Below, in pieces: positions 50,325 through 60,155 of a DNA stretch of 64,000 nt. A model generated the notes under the pieces. The model saw nothing but the letters and a program-made list of their open reading frames with translations, was not told the origin of the DNA and did not search any database. Source of the DNA: a bacterium (GTDB taxonomy: Bacteria > UBA8248); assembly GCA_965207065.1 (NCBI GenBank), contig OZ242260.1, forward strand, positions 3,616,001 to 3,680,000, read 5' to 3'. Each line of letters starts with the position of its first letter. Position 1 is the stretch's first letter. Both the position numbers and the translations under genes were made by a program.

Positions 50325-51677
50325 TTATTGGCCGTCTTCGGACTCCGAACCTGTGGATTCTTCATGAGTGCGAGCAGCTTCAATCAACATCTCGGCTCTC
50401 TTCGGGCCAATTCCAGGAACCTCGCACAATTCATCCGTCGATGCCGCACTAATCGCCGCAATTGAAGAAAACCCATTATCAGCCAAAAGCCGCGCCATTT
50501 TCTCACCGACAAGATCTAGTTCCATCAATTCACTGGAAGTGTCTCCATCAACTTCAGCAGGCTGAATGCTCTCGTCTTGAGCTGCTTCACCCGCACCATT
50601 CTCTTCTCGCTCATCGCTCGAAAATGCCTGTTCGGCGATAATTCGTCGATACTCGCCCTCACCTTTCAGATCAATTTTCCAGCCCAGGAGTTTTGCCGCC
50701 AAGCGAACATTTTGGCCGCCTTTTCCGATCGCCAAAGATAGCTGATCGTCAGGTACCAACACCTCCATTCGGCCTTCATCTTCAAATAAAGTAATATGCT
50801 GAATCTTCGCAGGACTTAGCGCATTTGCCGCATAGGTGCGTATGTCGTCACTCCAGGAGATGATGTCGATCTTCTCCCCCCTGAGTTCTTGAACTATCGA
50901 TTGCACACGACTGCCCCTTGTCCCTACGCATGCACCTACGGGGTCAATGTCTCGCTCATGGCTTACAACAGAAACTTTGGAGCGTCCGCTAGGCTCTCGG
51001 ACGCAACCTTTTATTGCCACTATCCCGTCATAAATTTCGGGCACTTCCATCTCAAAAAGACGAATCAGCAAACCAGGATGCGTTCTGCTGAGAACGATTT
51101 GTGGCCCCTTTGTTATCTCTCGCACCTCCATGATATAGGCGCGGATACGATCTCCACGTTTATAAACCTCTCTGAAAATTTGCTCCCGACGAGGGAGGAT
51201 CGCTTCTGTCCGCCCAATATCCACATAGATATTCCCGCGCTCTACTTGGGAGACAGACCCTGTAATCAAATCACCTTCACGTTCCTTGAACTCCTGGTAA
51301 ATATTCGCACGCTCCGCCTCTCGTACGCGCTGTAATATCACTTGTTTCGCGATTTGTGCGGCTATTCTGCCCAGTCCTTCTGTTTCTACACCTTGCGAAA
51401 GAAAATCCCCAACCTGTATATCGGGGTTTTCTTTCCGCGCTTCATCCAAGAGGATCTCACTCTGGGGGTTCTGTATGATCCTGACGACTTCTTTCGCCGC
51501 CATGACGTCAATTTCACCCGTTTGTTCATCAAATGATACGTCTACATTTTTACCCAAACCATATTGCTTCTTCGCAGCTGACGCCATCGCGACTTTCAGT
51601 GTGTCGAGTAGCACATCTTTGGAGACACCCCGCTCTCGTTCCAATTGTGTCAGGACAGCAATCAATTCTTGACTCAC
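50325..51677 (-). CDS. nusA: Transcription termination/antitermination factor NusA
   Basis: GRIAAQ.AKQVI, LSRTHP, DPVGACVG.RGSRV, SLAIGKGGQNVRLA, C-terminal HhH. Confidence 0.98.
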   Translation of the reverse strand: MSQELIAVLTQLERERGVSKDVLLDTLKVAMASAAKKQYGLGKNVDVSFDEQTGEIDVMAAKEVVRIIQNPQSEILLDEARKENPDIQVGDFLSQGVETEGLGRIAAQIAKQVILQRVREAERANIYQEFKEREGDLITGSVSQVERGNIYVDIGRTEAILPRREQIFREVYKRGDRIRAYIMEVREITKGPQIVLSRTHPGLLIRLFEMEVPEIYDGIVAIKGCVREPSGRSKVSVVSHERDIDPVGACVGTRGSRVQSIVQELRGEKIDIISWSDDIRTYAANALSPAKIQHITLFEDEGRMEVLVPDDQLSLAIGKGGQNVRLAAKLLGWKIDLKGEGEYRRIIAEQAFSSDEREENGAGEAAQDESIQPAEVDGDTSSELMELDLVGEKMARLLADNGFSSIAAISAASTDELCEVPGIGPKRAEMLIEAARTHEESTGSESEDGQ

Positions 51678-51710
51678 AAAACTACTCCTCTAAGATGGAT
51701 TGAGTCGATT

Positions 51711-52208
51711 CTAATTCTTGTTCTTCAAACCTTGAAATTCCATTTCCCAATCCACATCCAAGTTCGCTTTTGCGATATCAGCCAGTGAAAATGATACCTT
51801 CTCCCCACTCTCGAAAAGTAGGCAAACAAAATTTTCCTCAACCTCAACCAACTGACCTACAATTTTCCTCTTGCCCTTCAGCCTTCCTTTAAGGCGTATC
51901 CGCACTCTATGCCCGAGATAACGCTCATAATCCTGGATTTTCCGTAAAGGCCTCTCAATACCGGGACTCGATACTTCAAGGCGATAAGATTTTTCAATGA
52001 CGTCTTTCTCATCGAGACATTCTCCGAGATTCCGGCTGACGACTACACAATCAGAGAGAAGAATACCTCCTGACTTTTCAATGTATACCCGAATTGCCAG
52101 TTGGCTGCGGTTACCGGTCAGTTCAATGTCAACCAATTCATACCCAAGGTCAGAAACTACTTCCTGGGTAATGTTCCAGATTTGATTTTCAACATCAATT
52201 GTCACCAT
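51711..52208 (-). CDS. rimP: Ribosome maturation factor RimP
   Basis: LGYELVD, DC..VSR, YRLEVSSPGIERPL. Confidence 0.96.
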   Translation of the reverse strand: MVTIDVENQIWNITQEVVSDLGYELVDIELTGNRSQLAIRVYIEKSGGILLSDCVVVSRNLGECLDEKDVIEKSYRLEVSSPGIERPLRKIQDYERYLGHRVRIRLKGRLKGKRKIVGQLVEVEENFVCLLFESGEKVSFSLADIAKANLDVDWEMEFQGLKNKN

Positions 52209-52228
52209 AAACTCAATTCTGAGTGTGA

Positions 52229-52262
52229 ATAAAAAAATGGGCCATCAATTGACCCACTTACT
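52229..52262 (-). promoter_or_regulatory. rimP-leader-like hairpin with U tract
   Basis: Minus strand AAGTGGGTCAATTGATGGCCCATTTTTTT just upstream of rimP. Confidence 0.6.
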
Positions 52263-52522
52263 CAACAGTCAAAATCATCGATACTTTAATCGCCATTAAA
52301 GCAAAGCGCAAGTGTAATAACTTCTTTGTATTACATGAGGTAATTCTTGCTCGAAGAAATGGGGCGTGTTAAATTCTGCCGAATTGAGCGAATATACTAT
52401 TCTGAAACATAACGAACGGCGAATCATCTTTGCATTTTGTTCGAAGAAACGCCGCGGGTTGCCTTGCCCAAAGATAGAGTTGTCTCCTGGTTAGGCATAT
52501 TCATCAGAGAAGAGTTAAATCC

Positions 52523-53494
52523 ATGATTCGATTAACCAAAGTCAAGTCTCTGTGGATTTACGAAACGATGGTCCGCATTCGAAGGTTCGAGGAGCGTTCC
52601 ATTGAACTATTCCAGGCAGGGGAATTGCCGGGTTTTCTCCATGCCTACATCGGCGAAGAAGCCGTCGCCGCCGGGGTGTGTGCTCACCTAACCCCTAAAG
52701 ACCAGATCACATCTACACACCGCGGCCATGGGCACATGATTGCCAAGGGGCTCGAATACAAGGGCATGTTCGCCGAGTTGTACGCTCGCGCGACCGGTTA
52801 TTGCAAAGGGAAAGGAGGCTCCATGCACATCGCCGACCAGGACTTGGGTGCGCTGGGTGCGAATGGCATTGTGGGCGGAGGAATCCCTATCGCTACGGGA
52901 GCCGCTTTGGGGCTTCAGTTGAAGGGTGAAAAACATGTCGCCGTCAGTTTTTTTGGCGACGGGGCCAGCAATGAAGGCGCTTTCCATGAAGGTATCAACA
53001 TCGCTGCTACCTGGAAGCTGCCTGCCGTATTTGTGTGCGAGAACAACGGATTTGCCGAAAGCACGCCTCGCGCCACCCACCAGGCGGTTCAGGACATCGC
53101 GGATCGAGCAAAGGCTTACGGTATGCCCGGTATTGTTGTCGATGGTATGGACCCTCAAGCCGTATACGAAGTGGCAGGTGAAGCGATTGCGCGCGCACGC
53201 AAAGGGCGAGGACCTACGCTGATCGAAGCGAAAACAATGCGTTTCCTGGGCCATTACGTGGGCGACCCGGGCACCGCTTACGGACATGACAAAGAGGTGG
53301 GCAAGTGGCTCAAGCGTGACCCGCTCATCACATTTGCCGAAACACTCAAGCAGAAAAAATGGCTGAGCAAGAAAAGTATCGAAGCCATCCATGCGATCGT
53401 GAACAATGAGATGGAAGAGGCCATCGAATTCGCCCGGAAAAGCCCGGAACCCGATCTTGATGACGCCATGACCGACATCTACGCATCCGTTTAG
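52523..53494 (+). CDS. TPP-dependent dehydrogenase E1 alpha subunit (acetoin/pyruvate dehydrogenase family)
   Basis: GFLH.YIGEEA, STHRGHGH, KGKGGSMH, FFGDGASN.G.FHE, CENN. Confidence 0.92.
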   Translation: MIRLTKVKSLWIYETMVRIRRFEERSIELFQAGELPGFLHAYIGEEAVAAGVCAHLTPKDQITSTHRGHGHMIAKGLEYKGMFAELYARATGYCKGKGGSMHIADQDLGALGANGIVGGGIPIATGAALGLQLKGEKHVAVSFFGDGASNEGAFHEGINIAATWKLPAVFVCENNGFAESTPRATHQAVQDIADRAKAYGMPGIVVDGMDPQAVYEVAGEAIARARKGRGPTLIEAKTMRFLGHYVGDPGTAYGHDKEVGKWLKRDPLITFAETLKQKKWLSKKSIEAIHAIVNNEMEEAIEFARKSPEPDLDDAMTDIYASV

Positions 53495-53504
53495 GAAAAG
53501 GGAA

Positions 53505-54485
53505 ATGCGCGAGATATTATACCGAGAAGCTATCATCGAGGCCATGGATGAGGAAATGGCGAGGGATGATTCGGTTTTCCTGCTCGGAGAGGATATTGCC
53601 GAATTCGGCGGCTCATACAAGACGACAGTGGGGCTACTGAGCAAATATGGCGCTGAGAGGGTGAGGAATACTCCCATCTCGGAGCAAGGAATCATCGGCG
53701 CCGCCCTTGGGGCTGCGCTCGTCGGCATGCGGCCTGTGGCGGAGTTGATGTATATCGATTTTTCCGCTGTCGCTATGGATCAAATCGTCAACCAGGTCGC
53801 CAAGGTCCGCTATATGTTTGGGGGGAAAGCGAACACTTCGCTCGTCATCAGAACCCAAGGCGGCGCGGGACGCAGCTCCGCCGCCCAGCACGCGCAAAGC
53901 CTGGAGGCGTGGTTCGTTCACGTGCCTGGCCTCAAAGTGGTCATGCCCTCCAGCGCGCGTGACGCAAAAGGCCTTTTGAAAGCGGCTATCAGGGATGACG
54001 ACCCGGTATTTTTCATCGAACACAAGCTCCTTTATCTGGAAAGAGGCATTGTTCCCGAGGAAGAGGAAGTGATCCCCATCGGCGTCGCTGAGGTGAAAAA
54101 AGAGGGAAAAGACCTCACGATTGTCGCTACCTCCTCCATGGTCGGAAAATCACTTGTCGCGGCGGAGGAACTTGAAAAAGAAGGAGTACGCTGCGAGGTC
54201 ATCGACCCCAGAACGCTTTTCCCCCTGGATACGGAGACGATACTCGCCTCTGTCCGCAAAACGGGCCGGCTCCTCATCACACATGAGGCGGTGCAGCGTT
54301 GCGGCTGGGGGGCGGAAATCGCCGCCCTGGCCGCAAAAGAAGCTTTTGATTACCTGGACGCGCCCATTGAACGCGTCTGCGCCAAGGAAACACCGGTGCC
54401 TTTTTCGCCCAAACTCGAATCCTATGTCATACCCGACAAAGATGACGTAATCGCCGGGGTTCGTGGTATGTTAGAGACTGTATAA
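53505..54485 (+). CDS. TPP-dependent dehydrogenase E1 beta subunit
   Basis: LLGEDI, RV.NTPISE, AAQHAQSLEAWF.HVPGLKV, EVIDPRTL.PLD. Confidence 0.92.
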   Translation: MREILYREAIIEAMDEEMARDDSVFLLGEDIAEFGGSYKTTVGLLSKYGAERVRNTPISEQGIIGAALGAALVGMRPVAELMYIDFSAVAMDQIVNQVAKVRYMFGGKANTSLVIRTQGGAGRSSAAQHAQSLEAWFVHVPGLKVVMPSSARDAKGLLKAAIRDDDPVFFIEHKLLYLERGIVPEEEEVIPIGVAEVKKEGKDLTIVATSSMVGKSLVAAEELEKEGVRCEVIDPRTLFPLDTETILASVRKTGRLLITHEAVQRCGWGAEIAALAAKEAFDYLDAPIERVCAKETPVPFSPKLESYVIPDKDDVIAGVRGMLETV

Positions 54486-54521
54486 CTTCAAAACACATCC
54501 AATTCTTAGGAGCAAAGATTC

Positions 54522-55772
54522 ATGGCCACTCCCCTCCCGATGCCTAAACTCGGCCTCACCATGGAAGAAGGAACTATCCTCAAGTGGCGAAAGGACGAGG
54601 GTGAAGCGGTCGAAAAGGGCGAGATCATCCTCGACATCCAGACCGACAAGGTCGAATACGAGGTCGAATCGCCGGACGGCGGCCTCCTGCTCAAAACACT
54701 GGCGGGAGAAGGCGACGTCGTTCCCTGCGGGACGGACATTGCCGTTATCGGCGAGGCGGGAGAGGATACCAGCAGCTTTGGAAGCACTCCCGCACAGGCC
54801 TCTGCGGAACCCGAACCTTCGGCGACGGAAGCGCCCGCGACGCCAACGCCCGCACTTGCGCCAACCCCTGCTCCGCCAGCATCTATGGCAGCTCAACCCG
54901 CGCCCACGGGCCGGGTATTTGCCAGTCCGGCCGCCAGGCGCGTGGCCCGCGAACTCGGAATCGACTACCGCGCGCTCAACGGCTCAGGCCCCGGCGGGAG
55001 AATCGTACAGGCCGACGTAAGAGCGGCAGCGGCATCGGGCCTTCCCGCTGCACCGGTCGCCGCTGCGAGCGGCCCTGCGGCCGTGGCGGGTTCAACGCCC
55101 CTGGCCGGGATGCGGAAAATCATTGCCGATCGCATGCTCTCGAGTTGGTCCCAGGTGCCGCGCATCACCATGCAGGCCGAGGTGGACCTCACGAACCTCC
55201 TCGCCGTGCGCGAGGCCAGCCGCCAGGCGTGGGAAAACGACCTCGGCGTCAAGGTGTCCATCAACGATCTCATCCTCTTCTACACCGCCCGCGCCGTACG
55301 TCGCTGTCCGGCCGTGAATGTTCGCCTCGGCGATAACGCTCTGGAACAAATGCAGGACGTGAACATCGGCGTGGCCGTCGCCGTCGAGCAGGGGCTGATG
55401 GTGCCCGTCATACGGGGCGCTGATCAGAAATCGATCGACGCCATCTCGCGCGAGTCGCGAGCGCTGGCCGAAGCGGCCCGCGCGGGCGCCTTGGGGCTGG
55501 ATGCGCTGGAAGGCGGCACTTTCACGGTCTCGAATCTGGGAGCGTACGGGGTCGACCATTTCAGCGCCATCATCAACCACCCCGAATCCGCCATCCTCTC
55601 GGTCGGCGCGGCGCGAGAGCGCGCCGTCGTGCGAAACGGCGAGGTCGTGGCCCGGACGACGGCCTTCGTCGGCATCAACGCCGACCACCGACTGGTGGAC
55701 GGTGCGCCGGCGGCCGAGTTCCTCTCCACGCTCAAGGAGATGCTCGAGCATCCCAAGGTGATGCCCGCATAA
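54522..55772 (+). CDS. Dihydrolipoamide acyltransferase E2
   Basis: MPKLGLTMEEG, lipoyl-Lys TDKV, ASPAARR E3-binding domain, catalytic DHRLVDG. Confidence 0.93.
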   Translation: MATPLPMPKLGLTMEEGTILKWRKDEGEAVEKGEIILDIQTDKVEYEVESPDGGLLLKTLAGEGDVVPCGTDIAVIGEAGEDTSSFGSTPAQASAEPEPSATEAPATPTPALAPTPAPPASMAAQPAPTGRVFASPAARRVARELGIDYRALNGSGPGGRIVQADVRAAAASGLPAAPVAAASGPAAVAGSTPLAGMRKIIADRMLSSWSQVPRITMQAEVDLTNLLAVREASRQAWENDLGVKVSINDLILFYTARAVRRCPAVNVRLGDNALEQMQDVNIGVAVAVEQGLMVPVIRGADQKSIDAISRESRALAEAARAGALGLDALEGGTFTVSNLGAYGVDHFSAIINHPESAILSVGAARERAVVRNGEVVARTTAFVGINADHRLVDGAPAAEFLSTLKEMLEHPKVMPA

Positions 55773-56396
55773 ACGGCAACCCTTTTTATTTCTGAACCTT
55801 ATAACAGTTTATTCAACCAGTTTATATTTTCATTTATTTACCGGAAAATCCCGTGAATTTATCTATATTTATCGAATTGTTCGGGAATTCCCTGACGGTC
55901 CGTCCCGGGATCGATTTCGGTTCGCCGAGCCGGGGAGAAGAAGAACCTCCTGGCTGAAGATTTGCTGTTGTTCCGATCCGAATCTGAATCGTCCTTTCCA
56001 TTTTCTCCCCTGCTCTCATCCACGAGAACACTCACGTTCGCGCGCGGGATTCTCGCCCATCCCGACGAAAAACCGCCGGCGGCAAATGCGGGCAAATGCG
56101 CGCCCGACGACGAGCCATGCGAAATGAGAATTCATGAACATTCGGTGGCGTGGGCTCAGCACATTAGATTTGCATCGGCTGACGACCGCGAGCCCTCCTT
56201 TTCGCAGGGCTCGCGGACAGGCATTGTCTCCTTATTGGCCTGCGCAATCCCACCCTCGGCAGCCGAAATTGACCCCGTTTACCTCTCCTCGCATCGTGTT
56301 GTATGATGATTTGCGTTGTGGCGCGCGTCTTGGAGCCGCCCATGATTCGAGAATATCCCGCCCCCCGGAGAGCCCGGGTCAATCAGGAGACTGGCA

Positions 56397-56807
56397 ATGG
56401 CCGAGACAGTTCGGGAAGTACCCTACTACTACATCAACGCTTCGAACAAACCGGGAGAGGGCGCCGCCCTCGCCGAGCTTTTCAAGGATGCGGGCGTCAG
56501 CCTGCTGGCGATGCACGCCTTCCCCTCGCGCAGGCGGGTCCAGGTCGATTTCGTTCCCGAGGACGCGCGGGCATTCACCTCCTTCGCGCGCAAGGCGAAG
56601 CTCAAGCTCAGCCCCCGGAAAAAGGCCTTTCTCGTCGAGGGCACGGACCGCACCGGGGCGCTCGTGCCGGTTTTCACCAAACTCGCCGAAGCAGACATCA
56701 ACATCACCGCCATCACGGCCATCGCAGCGGGTAAAAAGCGCTACGGCGCCATCTTGTGGGTGAATCCCAAGGACCAGCGCAGGGCCAAGCGAGCGCTGGG
56801 GGCGTAA
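56397..56807 (+). CDS. Tandem ACT-domain protein
   Basis: NKPGEGA....F.DAGVSL and DRTGAL.....LAEADINI repeats; AGGAG RBS. Confidence 0.78.
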   Translation: MAETVREVPYYYINASNKPGEGAALAELFKDAGVSLLAMHAFPSRRRVQVDFVPEDARAFTSFARKAKLKLSPRKKAFLVEGTDRTGALVPVFTKLAEADINITAITAIAAGKKRYGAILWVNPKDQRRAKRALGA

Positions 56808-56839
56808 ACCCGACCGAGGAGGCAGGGTACCGGAACTCC

Positions 56840-56898
56840 GTAGGGACAACCCCCTGTGGTTGTCCTCCGTCAGGACAGGCGCGGGGGCCTGTCCCTAC
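56840..56898. repeat. GTAG-type palindromic repeat doublet
   Basis: GTAGGGACAACCCCCTGTGGTTGTCCT...AGGACAGGCGCGGGGGCCTGTCCCTAC; relatives at about 35.3 kb, 37.2-37.3 kb, 57.5 kb and 60.1 kb. Confidence 0.88.
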
Positions 56899-56932
56899 GT
56901 TGCTTTTGCGGATTGAACGATACGCCTGACTC

Positions 56933-57406
56933 TCACCCCTGCCCCAACGCCAACTCCATGAAAACCACACCCTCCACGGGAGTTTCGTCGTAAGGGACGA
57001 TTTCCCTGAAGACCATGGAGCGGTAAAGAGCGATGGCCGCGCGCATGGCGGGCAGCGTATGGAGCCGCACCGAGGCGTAGCCCATCTCCTTTGCCGCACG
57101 AACTATTTCCTCCGCGCACTTTCTCCCCAGCCCCCGTCCCCTGAAACCGGGCCGCACATAGAGACGCTTCATCTCACAGGTTTTTCCTCCTGAATCCACA
57201 AGGGCGACGCAACCGGCGGTCTCCTCCTCCACGCGGAGTAAAAGAAATCTCCCGCCAGGCGGACCGTACATCTGCTCGAGGCTTTCGAGTTCTTCGGGAA
57301 AACCCTGAAAACACAGGTCGATTCCGAGATCGGCCTCGTACTCGCGCAGCAAGTCTGCAGCCAAGCGGTAGATTTCTTTCGTCTCTGCGATAATGAATTC
57401 GGGCAT
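56933..57406 (-). CDS. GNAT family N-acetyltransferase
   Basis: DLCFQGF.EEL, CEMKRLYVRP.FRGRGLG, A..LYRS. Confidence 0.9.
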   Translation of the reverse strand: MPEFIIAETKEIYRLAADLLREYEADLGIDLCFQGFPEELESLEQMYGPPGGRFLLLRVEEETAGCVALVDSGGKTCEMKRLYVRPGFRGRGLGRKCAEEIVRAAKEMGYASVRLHTLPAMRAAIALYRSMVFREIVPYDETPVEGVVFMELALGQG

Positions 57407-57603
57407 TCTAAGACTGCCTCCTTATACTCCCATCCTACAGTGAGCGGGGCGGTTCGTGAATCACCCTAAGAACGGCTCAGGAGCATTAGCCCAAAATATG
57501 TAGCGGACAAGCCCCTGCACCTGTCCGAGGGCGCGACCTGCCCATACCAGAGGAGAGTTCGCAGGGGGTGACCCATTTCTACCTTCGCTTCTTTGCCTTT
57601 GTT

Positions 57604-57740
57604 CGTCATTCCGGCGAATGCCGGAATCCAGAACCGATGAGAGGAATAATCAACGGCAATTCCATCCCTTCATACAACTCGTACAAGACACAAAAGAGAA
57701 AAAACAAAATCTCTGGATTCCGGCATTCACCGGGATTACG
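57604..57740. repeat. CGTC-type palindromic repeat doublet
   Basis: CGTCATTCCGGCGAATGCCGGAATCCA 57604-57630 and degenerate inverse 57714-57740. Confidence 0.85.
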
Positions 57741-57929
57741 GCGGTAAAACCTGATTCTTCTTTCTGAAGAATCGCCCCTCCCCGGTCGCGTCGAACACTC
57801 ATCCATCAATCGCGTTTGACCCCTTGCGCATCACACTTTCGGGAACGATATTGAATCACATAGGCGGTCGTTTACTCCTGGCCGCTGACGAGATATGGCG
57901 TAGATGGCCGCAGATCCGGAGGTCACGCC

Positions 57930-58262
57930 ATGAAAAAAACCTTTCTCCTCGGTTGCTTCTTCCTCACCTGGCTCGCATCCGGAGCCCTCTTTCCGTCCGC
58001 TGATGGCGTCATCCCCATCATCGGCGAGGCGCAGGCGCACAAGTTCATGAAGAAAGTATCCACGACCCACTACCGCGAGGCTCTCATGGAGAACCTGAAA
58101 ACCCTGGACGTGGTGCCGGTGCGGACCGGAGATAGCGCCCCGCGCATGAGACGAGCGACACCAGTACACTTCAATCACAATCCGGCTCGAAGAGCCGACG
58201 GATGCATGTCCTGCCACTACCTCCCTTTCGCAAAAGACGAAACCAAAACGAATGGCGGTTGA
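57930..58262 (+). CDS. Small exported hypothetical protein with a single CxxCH motif
   Basis: GGAGG RBS, signal-like N-terminus ending ...AQA, CMSCH near the C-terminus. Confidence 0.6.
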   Translation: MKKTFLLGCFFLTWLASGALFPSADGVIPIIGEAQAHKFMKKVSTTHYREALMENLKTLDVVPVRTGDSAPRMRRATPVHFNHNPARRADGCMSCHYLPFAKDETKTNGG

Positions 58263-58441
58263 GCAGGCGTGATTTAAGTCATCGACAAATCGAGCATTAT
58301 TGTTTTTCACTCCCCACTTGAGGGGGTTGTTGAAAAACCCTCAAGGGAGGAATGATTTCAAGTGATGACGCGGACTCAACCCACGCTTATAATGGGGCAT
58401 CGCCCGGTTGCGGCTCGATTGTAGGAAAGGAGTCCCGGACC

Positions 58442-58777
58442 ATGACGCAAGTCGACGACGCGCTCCTCCAGAAAATGGTGAATACCATCGTGGACGAAGT
58501 CGATCCCGAGCAGGTGATCCTCTTCGGCTCGCGCGCGCGTGGCGATGCAGCGGCGGATTCCGACGTGGATTTCGTGGTGGTGGAAGCGGCGCCTTTTGGC
58601 GATGGCCGGGATAGGCGCGCCGAGACGACGCGGCTTTGGCGCGCACTGGCGGGTTTTGACGTTTCCAAAGACATACTGCTCTTCAGCCGCGACGAGGTGG
58701 AATACTGGCGCGATTCCCTCAACCACGTCCTGGCGCGCGCCCTGCGCGAAGGCGAAATGCTATATGAGCGATCTTGA
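58442..58777 (+). CDS. Minimal nucleotidyltransferase (MNT) antitoxin
   Basis: VILFGSRARG.....SDVDF, DILL, ALREG..LYE; AGGAG RBS. Confidence 0.9.
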   Translation: MTQVDDALLQKMVNTIVDEVDPEQVILFGSRARGDAAADSDVDFVVVEAAPFGDGRDRRAETTRLWRALAGFDVSKDILLFSRDEVEYWRDSLNHVLARALREGEMLYERS

Positions 58778-59299
58778 AAGAAGCAATAGAGTGGCTGAGA
58801 GTAATGGAGAGTTGATACAAGCCTTTTGCGCCGCCGTAGGAGAACTCATCCTATGGGGAGCTGCTATAGATTCACAACTCACTAAGGCTGTTATCCGGCT
58901 GTTCTTACTAAAAGAAACCCCGATGCTTGAGTCTGTAATTGCTGAACTACCTACTCGAACCAAAATCGCCCTCCTGCGAGCCGATTCGAGGCAAATCACG
59001 GCTTCCGATTGGCAACAGAAGATAAAGGATTGGGCTAAGCTAGCTGGGAAAGTCAACGATTACCGCAACATTGTGGCCCACCATCAAGTGAAATTCGAAA
59101 ATGAGAAACCCGTTCTTTTTCGTCACAGGCGACAAGACTCTTAAATAGAATCGATGGTTCAAATATACAGCCAGCCCAAAACATAGACGATATTCGTGAG
59201 TGGATAGACACCGCGAAAAAAACAATCATGCAGGGAGAAACACTTCTGCAAAATCTAGATCGGTTTGTTGAGGAATATACGAGACGTCAAACAAGTTAG
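58764..59299 (+). pseudogene. HEPN-like protein split by a 1-nt frameshift at the T5 run 59116-59120
   Basis: Overlaps the MNT stop; contains RNIVAH (RxxxxH); frame closes at 59144, but the -1 frame stays open (SSQATRLLNRIDG...EEYTRRQTS) to TAG 59297-59299. Confidence 0.6.
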
Positions 59300-59411
59300 C
59301 CCCCCTTTTTTCAGTGGCTCTTTTCCACTCTCCATTGATCCCCACCCCTCCTTACGCGAGAATGCACCCTCACTCTCATCCGTTCACGCATCACCAGAAA
59401 GGGATTCCGCT

Positions 59412-60074
59412 ATGCCGATAAATGAAGCCACCGGCCTCTCTCAGGATATGGGCGTCACCGAGGAGATGATGGCCTGCCCCCTCCCCCGGGTGCCTATGAT
59501 CGATCCGGACAACATCCCCGAACACCTGGCCGAAGAACTCGCGCCCCTCTATGAGCGCGGCGTGAAGCGCTGGGGCAAAGTGTCGCGCTTTTTGCGCCTG
59601 CTCGGCTGGGCGCCCGGCTTCGTCGAGGGCTGGCAGATCATGGACGGCAAGCTCAGGGTCCAGCACCGCGACTCCGACCCCGAATACATCCACATGGCCC
59701 AGCTCGTCATCATCAAGACGGCCATCCTGACCGAGTGCAACAACTGACTCGGGCACAACGTCGAGCTCGGTCGGGCTCAGGGCATCGAACAGGAAAAAAT
59801 CAATCTGCTGGAGGGCGACGGCTGGCGGGACAGCGACCTCTTCGACGAAAAGGAAAAAGCCGCCATCAACTGGGCGGAGGAAGTAACGAACCTGACGGCG
59901 AAGGGGAACGACGCGGCCTTCGAGGCCATGCAGAAACATTTCTCCACCGAACAACTCGTCTCGCTGACCCTCATCTGCGGGCTGTGGAACCTGACGGGCC
60001 GCGTGGCCGAGGCCTTACACCTCGTCGTGGAACCCCCGGGCGAGCGCATCGCGTTTCAGGAGGGGAGTGAGTAG
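59412..60074 (+). CDS. AhpD/carboxymuconolactone decarboxylase-like selenoprotein (CxxU; Sec codon TGA 59745-59747)
   Basis: ...QLVIIKTAILTECNN-U-LGHNVELGRAQGI.QEKI...LFDEKEKAAINWAEEVT...HFSTEQLVSLT..CGLWN..GRV.EAL; continuous 220-aa frame if UGA is read through; SECIS-like hairpin follows. Confidence 0.9.
59763..59778 (+). promoter_or_regulatory. Putative bacterial SECIS hairpin
   Basis: GAGCTC-GGTC-GGGCTC stem-loop, loop starts with G, 15 nt after the UGA. Confidence 0.68.
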
Positions 60075-60155
60075 GGGGAGACAAACCCAATTGGAAGGAA
60101 TTGCAGGGGGCGCTTATATGCGGCCCTTCCCGTCAGACAGGCGGGTCGCCTATTT

